The notes under the pieces: model-generated
The model's input: only the letters and a program-made list of their open reading frames with translations
What the model was told of the DNA's origin: nothing
Database searches by the model: none
Shown here: piece after piece, positions 58,056 to 64,000 of the stretch
Layout: the number at the start of each line of letters is the position of its first letter
Numbering within the stretch: the stretch's first letter is position 1
NCBI GenBank assembly: GCA_051652645.1
Contig: JBOFUP010000072.1
Location: 17,995-81,994 of the forward strand
Direction: 5' to 3'
DNA: 64,000 nucleotides
From: Bacteroidales bacterium
Lineage (GTDB): Bacteria > Bacteroidota > Bacteroidia > Bacteroidales > UBA7332
Position numbers and translations under genes: made by a program

Positions 58056-59737
58056 GGGTCTGCTGAATAAATATAAATACTTGATTATCAGTAAATAAAT
58101 TCATTTTTATTAGTCCAATTGATATTAAATTACTATATTTGAGTGTTAAAAACAAGGACTATGAAATTCTAATCACAAGGAAAACAGCTCGAAATAGACG
58201 AATTTAAATCTTCATTACAGGGGCTTAACAAATCTAATCGATGGGTTAAGCTTGGAGATTCTATGCCCTGGGCTGAAATAGAAATACTCTATAATTCTAA
58301 ACTGGGAAATAATAAACGTGGAGCCGGTAATAAGCCAGCCAGAATGATTATTGGTGCATTGATCATAAAGCATAAAATGAATCTATCTGATGAAGAAACG
58401 ATTTATACTATACAAGAAAATCCTTACATGCAGTACTTTCTGGGGCTTTCGGAGTTCACAGATAAACCGATCTTTAACTCTAGCTTGTTTGTGACTATCC
58501 GTAAGCGTTTAGGTACCGATGATTTTAATGAAATGAGTCTGACATTGTTATTGACTCAACTTGAGAAAGCTAAATCAGCTAATCAATCGGACAAGGATGA
58601 AAAGGATAAAAAGGATAAAAACAATACCCCTAACTCTTCCAGTGCGAATCAAGTATCAGAGAATGAATCACAATTTACAGACAGCCAGGGACGCAAGCAT
58701 CAAGGATCACTAAAGATTGATGCAACTTGTGCAGATGCAGAAGTTCGCTATCCTACAGATATTGATTTACTTCATGATAGCTCAAGGGTAATCAATCGAT
58801 TGATGTCTAAATTGTGTAAGAACTTTTCGCTTCAACAACCGAACTCCCACTACAAGCAGGCGCGAAAGTCGTATCTTGAAGTGATTAAACGAAAAAAGAA
58901 AAGCAAGAAACTGATTAATAACGGAAAGTTAGAGCTATTAGCTTATCTGGGTAGGGATATTCATAGTTTTGTTACGCTTATAGCAACAAATGGGACTCAA
59001 CTTCTCTACAAGCTCAGATCTGATGAGCAGCGCCTTGTAGGAAGTATCATTAAAGTATTTTCATCAACAGAAAGCAATGTTTAAGGACAATGCTCGGAGT
59101 TGTCCAAATCGGATAATAAGTATTTTTCAAGCGCATCTTCGTCCTATAGTCAGAGGTAAGGCTAAATCTATGACTGAATTCGGAGCAAAAATTGGAGCTA
59201 GTATTACAAACGGATTCACATTTATTGATCACCATAGTTGGGATGCTTATAATGAATCTTCGGATTTGGAACTGCAAATACAATTGTTTGAAAAACGTTT
59301 TGGATACCTCCCTGCGAAACTTTATGCTGATAAAATATACCTTAACAAGTCTAACAGACAACTACTCAAAACTTATGAAATAGAAGTAATGGGTACTCCT
59401 TTAGGGAGGCCATCTGCTGAATCAAAGACAAAAGAAGCTAGAGCTAAGCAAGCAAAAATAGCTGGAGAACGCAACGAAATAGAAGCTACATTTGGAACAG
59501 CAAAAAGAGTTTACAAGGCGAATAATATCAGAGCAAAGTTACCGGAAACGGCTAACTCTTGGACTGGTATGTGTTACCTTGTGAAAAATGTGATGGAGTT
59601 TCTAAGGAGGCTTCTTCATGCGCATTTTTTAATGACTGTTATTTCGAAAATTTACGGCAAAATTCGGATAACTATTCTACCGGATCAAAATAATGTGATC
59701 CGCTGCCATTTAGCCTATTAATTTATTCAGCAGACCC
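58056..59737 (+). mobile_element. Insertion sequence (IS1182/IS5-like) with 17-bp perfect terminal inverted repeats
   Basis: The left end GGGTCTGCTGAATAAAT (58056-58072) matches the reverse complement of the right end (59721-59737). It encloses a DDE transposase reading frame. Confidence 0.8.
58161..59721 (+). pseudogene. DDE transposase (InsH-N/DUF772 + DDE_Tnp), disrupted
   Basis: An in-frame TAA is the fourth codon (ATG AAA TTC TAA at 58161-58172). A frameshift near 59050-59080 splits the gene into ORFs 58263-59084 and 59077-59721. Confidence 0.7.
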
Positions 59738-59805
59738 TAAATAACCTTATCATTGACTTTTTTGATAAATTATTATACAATTTAGGAATAATCTTTTGTA
59801 GCTTT

Positions 59806-61317
59806 GTGTCTATACAAATTCAATTCTATATGCTACTCGACTTTATCATTAATCAGACAGAAGCCTTTCTTAACTCGAAGACTAAAAGTGAAAGAAAGCT
59901 AATCGGGCAATTCTTTACCTCAAAAGAAACGGCTATTTACATGAGTAGTTTATTTGAAATACCTGAAAAAGAATCGTTATCTATTCTTGATCCCGGATCA
60001 GGATCTGGAATACTTTCAGCTTCATTGGTCGAATATTTGTATACGAATTATCCCAATAAAGAAATTAAGCTTACATGTTACGAGAATAATCCCGATATTT
60101 TACCTGTTTTGCAAGGAAATCTGGAATATCTACGTTCAAACATGAATATGAAGTTTGAATATACTATTAATACGGATAATTATATAGCAAGTCAGAAAGC
60201 AGAATTTAATCATGAACTAATTCGAGAGCTGGATCCTCATAAATATGATTTAGTAATCGGCAATCCGCCTTATCTGAAAGTATCAAAAGATGCTGTAGAA
60301 GCTAAATCCATGCCCGAAGTTTGTCATGGAGCTCCTAATTTATATTTCTTGTTTGCAGCCATGAGTCTTTTTAATTTAAAAGACGAAGGTGAATTGGTTT
60401 ATATCATTCCAAGATCCTGGACTTCAGGTGCATATTTTACCCGATTCAGAGAATATTTGCTAAAAAAGGGTCAGATCATGAATATACACCTTTTTGTATC
60501 AAGAGATAAAGTCTTTGAAAAAGAAGAAGTTCTTCAGGAAACCATCATAATAAGAATAAAGAAGACAAAGAAAGTAAATCCGGAAATTACAATAACGACT
60601 TCCAATTCTAATCAGGATTTTCATAGTATAAGTCATTTCAGAGTAAAAAGAGAGGTCGTTATCTCAGGTAAAAGTAAATTCATCTTTCTTGTTACGAATG
60701 AACAGGAAGTTCAGATTTTAGAAAAGATAGAGAAGTTTTTATACACACTTCCCGACTTGAATATAAAAATGAAGACAGGCTTAACGGTCGACTTTAGATG
60801 TCAGGAACTGCTGTGTGATGTGCCCGAGAGCGATACCGTTCCATTATTCTATTCTCAGCATATCCAAAACGGATCTGTCGTTTTTCCCATCGGGAAAGAA
60901 AAAGAGTATATCAAGACTTCTCAGAAAGGACTGATACAGAAAAATGAAAATTATTTATTCGTAAAGCGCTTTACAAGTAAAGAAGAGGCTCGACGATTAC
61001 AATGTGGAATATATCTTTCGGAAAATTATCCCGATTATGATTATATTAGCACCCAAAATAAGATCAACTTCATTGGTCAGATGAAAGGCGATGCGCTGTC
61101 TGCTGATTTCATTTATGGACTTTACGTACTGTTTAATTCAACCATATACGATAAATACTATCGCATACTGAATGGCTCAACACAGGTAAATTCTACCGAA
61201 GTAAATACACTTCCTGTCCCCGATGCTCATACAATTGAGGTTTTAGGGAAACAACTCAAAGATCCAGCAGATCTGTCAACCTCAAATTGTGACCTTATTT
61301 TAGATACTATATTATGA
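59806..61317 (+). CDS. N6-adenine DNA methyltransferase (Eco57I/M.PstI/M.BsuBI-like, gamma class)
   Basis: It has the AdoMet motif LDPGSGSGIL and the catalytic GNPPY. The track start is GTG at 59806, and a likelier ATG lies at 59830. It overlaps the endonuclease gene by ATGA. Confidence 0.8.
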   Translation: MSIQIQFYMLLDFIINQTEAFLNSKTKSERKLIGQFFTSKETAIYMSSLFEIPEKESLSILDPGSGSGILSASLVEYLYTNYPNKEIKLTCYENNPDILPVLQGNLEYLRSNMNMKFEYTINTDNYIASQKAEFNHELIRELDPHKYDLVIGNPPYLKVSKDAVEAKSMPEVCHGAPNLYFLFAAMSLFNLKDEGELVYIIPRSWTSGAYFTRFREYLLKKGQIMNIHLFVSRDKVFEKEEVLQETIIIRIKKTKKVNPEITITTSNSNQDFHSISHFRVKREVVISGKSKFIFLVTNEQEVQILEKIEKFLYTLPDLNIKMKTGLTVDFRCQELLCDVPESDTVPLFYSQHIQNGSVVFPIGKEKEYIKTSQKGLIQKNENYLFVKRFTSKEEARRLQCGIYLSENYPDYDYISTQNKINFIGQMKGDALSADFIYGLYVLFNSTIYDKYYRILNGSTQVNSTEVNTLPVPDAHTIEVLGKQLKDPADLSTSNCDLILDTIL

Positions 61318-62231
61318 AAAAAACAGAAAACGCTAATTCTATCTTAAAGTCTATAGGAATGCCGGACCGGCAACAGACAGAACTCTGTTGTTATGTTCTG
61401 CTTGCGATGGCTGGAGTAAAAGAAAAAAGTACATGGACTAAAGCGACGAATGAATGGATCAGGATTCATGACATAATTATATTTTTAGCCGAAAACTATG
61501 ATAAGAAGTATGCCGAAAACTCGCGTGAGACAATTCGCAAACAAGCGTTACACCACTTTCGCACTGCAGCTTTAATCGAAGATAATGGGAAGGCTACAAA
61601 CTCTCCCAATTATAGGTATAGGTTAACTTCAGAAGCGTTGCATCTGATTCAGACTTTTAATAAAAAAGAATGGAAAACTGAATTAAGCTCGTTTCTTTCG
61701 AGTCACGAAAAGTTGATTGATATATATGCTTCAAAAAAGACGATGCGTAAAATGCCTGTTGAAATCAACGGTGAATCATTCACTTTTTCACCGGGAAAAC
61801 ACAATCAGCTTCAAAAGGCAATAATCGAAGATTTCGCTCCACGCTTTGCTCCCGGATGTAAGTGCCTCTATGTTGGTGATACTACAGCCAAGGATCTTTA
61901 TAAAGACAATGAGACGCTTGAACGTATCGGATTTAATCTGACTCTTCACGATAAAATGCCCGATGTTATTCTTTACAAAGAAGATTCAAACTGGATCTAT
62001 TTTATCGAAGCGGTTACATCTGTCGGACCTATGGATGCTAAGCGTATTCAGGAAATATCTGAATTTACTCAAAATATATCTGCAGGTAAAATTTACGTAA
62101 CTGCTTTCCTGGACTTCAAAACTTTCAAAAGCTTTTCGGAATCTCTGGCTTGGGAAACAGAAGTCTGGATTGCCGATATGCCTGAACATATGATTCACTT
62201 GAATGGAGATCGTTTTTTAGGTCCGAGATGA
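61314..62231 (+). CDS. BsuBI/PstI family type II restriction endonuclease
   Basis: GKHNQLQKAIIEDFAPRF...YVGDT...MPDVILY...IEAVTSVGP...AWETEVWIADMPEHMIHLNGDRFLGP matches the family pattern as I recall it. Confidence 0.8.
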   Translation: MKKTENANSILKSIGMPDRQQTELCCYVLLAMAGVKEKSTWTKATNEWIRIHDIIIFLAENYDKKYAENSRETIRKQALHHFRTAALIEDNGKATNSPNYRYRLTSEALHLIQTFNKKEWKTELSSFLSSHEKLIDIYASKKTMRKMPVEINGESFTFSPGKHNQLQKAIIEDFAPRFAPGCKCLYVGDTTAKDLYKDNETLERIGFNLTLHDKMPDVILYKEDSNWIYFIEAVTSVGPMDAKRIQEISEFTQNISAGKIYVTAFLDFKTFKSFSESLAWETEVWIADMPEHMIHLNGDRFLGPR

Positions 62232-62287
62232 GAGAAGAGGAATATAGAATGTGGACGAATTAAATCAATAACGAAATTAGCATAATA

Positions 62288-63403
62288 ATGAAAGAGAATG
62301 ATTTGAATTTACAAATTGATGCAGTTAGAAAAGAAATAAAAACAGATAATTTCAGTATTTCCATTCGAGAGTTAATTCAGATATACAAAGATGGTGATTT
62401 GGAACTTACTCCTGCATACCAAAGATTATTCAGATGGCAAGATGATCAGAAAAGTAGATTTATAGAGTCATTATTAATAGGTATCCCAACTCCTCCTTTA
62501 TTTATAGCTCAAAAAAAAGGAGCAAAATGGACCATTGTAGATGGGCTACAAAGGGTATCTACACTTTTACAATTAATGGGACTTCTGCCAGATAGTAAAA
62601 ATAAAGAAGAGCTTCTGCCGGAATTTACTTTTACAGAAACAGAAAAACTGCCTGCTTTAGAAGGGTTAACGTGGAGTACATTGGATGAAGATGCACAAAG
62701 GATAATCAGAATGTCAAAGCTCGATTTAAAGATTATTTTAGTTGAAGATAATATTGAAGCACAATATGAATTATTCAAGCGATTAAATACTGGGGGCCTT
62801 GAACTTGAACCTCAGGAAATACGCAATTGCTTAATAATAATGGCAGATGAAGAGTTTTATAAGAAAATAGAGAATATTAAATCTGATCCAGAATTTGTTA
62901 GCTCAATTTCACTTTCTCCAAATAAGCATCAGATTGAACTACCAATGGAGCTTATATTGCGTTATTTTATTATGAAGAATGATAAAATAGATTATACCAA
63001 GTATAATATGCAAACTACTTTATTATCGCAGTTTATAGATAAAGAAACAATTAGTATTATTAATGATACTGAATTTAACATTAATAATGAAATCTCTATA
63101 TTCGAACGTGTATTTAAAGTGCTTAATACTGCCATCCCTGGAGGAGTATTCCGAAAATATAATACTGATAAATCAGACTTTGAAGGACCATTTCTTCAAA
63201 ATTTATTTGAAGCAATTGTTCCAGGGATAGCAAATAATATTGATTATTATGAACAGGCAAATTCAGAACAAGTTAAGGATAAAATTATTCAAATGCAAGA
63301 CAAAGATCAATATCTTGAAGGAGCAAAACGAGGTGTTAAAGCATTAACCAGAATCAGATCAATGATTGAATTTTCTAATGATTATTTTGGAAGTCATGAG
63401 TAA
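62288..63403 (+). CDS. DUF262 (ParB/Srx-like, GmrSD N-terminal type) domain protein
   Basis: The DGLQR motif (nt 62540-62554) corresponds to DUF262 DGQQR. YQRLFRW lies upstream. No DUF1524/HNH C-terminal domain is present. Confidence 0.8.
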   Translation: MKENDLNLQIDAVRKEIKTDNFSISIRELIQIYKDGDLELTPAYQRLFRWQDDQKSRFIESLLIGIPTPPLFIAQKKGAKWTIVDGLQRVSTLLQLMGLLPDSKNKEELLPEFTFTETEKLPALEGLTWSTLDEDAQRIIRMSKLDLKIILVEDNIEAQYELFKRLNTGGLELEPQEIRNCLIIMADEEFYKKIENIKSDPEFVSSISLSPNKHQIELPMELILRYFIMKNDKIDYTKYNMQTTLLSQFIDKETISIINDTEFNINNEISIFERVFKVLNTAIPGGVFRKYNTDKSDFEGPFLQNLFEAIVPGIANNIDYYEQANSEQVKDKIIQMQDKDQYLEGAKRGVKALTRIRSMIEFSNDYFGSHE

Positions 63404-64000
63404 TGAGGAATTTGAAAATCTAATGTTTGATGAGTGGACTTGGCGTAGGAAAGAGCTGACACAATTAATACTTATAGCAGAGCACACAAAAGAAAAAGTT
63501 CTTTACAGAAGTATTATCCTACTTTTGTATGCTCATTGGGAAGGATATATCAAAAAGGCTTGTAGGATTTATTTATATTATATAATTAGTAATAAATATA
63601 AAATTTCATCACTACAAGATAACTTCAAAGCCCTCTGCTTAAAAGGCTTTTCGAGAGAAGTATTAAAATCCTCAGAGTCACTTAATTTAACCAATGAGAT
63701 GAGGCTGGTATCAATGATAAATGAAGTAGATGATATTCTTATTGATAAAAAGCTAAAAGTTAACCTCAATAATGACAAGGAAAAAGATCTTATTGATACA
63801 CACGATAACTTAAATCCTAAAGTCCTACAGAATATATTATCAATAATTGGACTTTCTTATAAAGAAGAATATGAAAATAAAAAGATGTATATCGAGACTT
63901 ATTTATTAGCTAATCGTAATGCTATTGCGCATGGGAACAAAGAAATAAATCAAGACTTCGAATTAGAAATATCAAAATTAAAGGAACTGAGGGATGTTAT
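63396..64000 (+). CDS. HEPN-domain protein (MAE_28990/MAE_18760-like), partial, runs off the window
   Basis: This ORF is not in the ORF track. My translation from the ATG at 63396 is open to the window end. It contains LLYAHWEGYIKK and the Rx4H motif RNAIAH (nt 63915-63932). Its start overlaps the DUF262 stop (ATGAGTAA). Confidence 0.7.
   Translation, partial: MSNEEFENLMFDEWTWRRKELTQLILIAEHTKEKVLYRSIILLLYAHWEGYIKKACRIYLYYIISNKYKISSLQDNFKALCLKGFSREVLKSSESLNLTNEMRLVSMINEVDDILIDKKLKVNLNNDKEKDLIDTHDNLNPKVLQNILSIIGLSYKEEYENKKMYIETYLLANRNAIAHGNKEINQDFELEISKLKELRDV

Noticed and set aside
58040-59750. A target-site duplication flanking the IS.
   Set aside because: The flanks (actaattc | ... | taaataac) share no convincing direct repeat. 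Extending the TIR to 20 bp with one mismatch does not help.
1-64000. CRISPR arrays, rRNA genes, or additional tRNAs.
   Set aside because: Reading through the intergenic regions, I found no regularly spaced direct repeats and no rRNA or tRNA-like segments other than the two tRNA-Arg copies.

Overview
The window looks like a chromosomal segment of a Bacteroidota (Bacteroidales-like) genome. Three things point that way. Many genes are preceded by the Bacteroides-type -7 promoter motif TAnnTTTG, and Shine-Dalgarno sequences are generally absent. There is also a Bacteroides-type tyrosine integrase with an Arm-binding N-terminus, plus a GGGtGRT/NifU-like gene cluster.

Most of the window is housekeeping:
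- Propionate pathway: mce and an acyl-CoA carboxyltransferase.
- Threonine catabolism: tdh-kbl.
- Other core genes: cdd, asnA, System II cytochrome c biogenesis plus cytochrome c peroxidase, alaS, and two tandem nhaC paralogs.
- A further run of core genes: a DEAD-box helicase, obg-adk-hpt, nnr-bioD, rplY, an ABC-F ATPase, an aminotransferase and an FtsX-type permease.

Two visibly A+T-richer accessory regions stand out (judged by eye, not computed).

(1) About 13.2-22.3 kb, immediately 3' of a tRNA-Arg(ACG) gene. It holds 1 kb with no track ORF (>=60 aa), then a GT2 glycosyltransferase, a soluble KAP P-loop NTPase and a membrane protein/wHTH regulator/TPR-like operon. It also carries a translationally coupled pair: an SF1 Upf1/DNA2-like helicase with an uncharacterised N-terminal module, followed by a 274-aa orphan protein with a DUF4357-like tail. 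I consider this pair the best candidate for an undescribed defence-type system.

(2) About 55.7 kb to the window end. Gene order is a frameshifted tyrosine integrase, a YfbU-family gene, an inactivated IS with 17-bp terminal inverted repeats, a PstI/BsuBI-type R-M pair, and an overlapping DUF262 + HEPN (Rx4H) pair that runs off the window.

A second, identical tRNA-Arg(ACG) transcription unit lies in inverted orientation at 30.0 kb, so the two copies bracket about 16.8 kb. An orphan promoter-to-terminator unit at 34.44-34.73 kb, with a long closing helix, looks like an unannotated structured ncRNA.

All functional calls come from reading motifs in the supplied translations. No database search was run.
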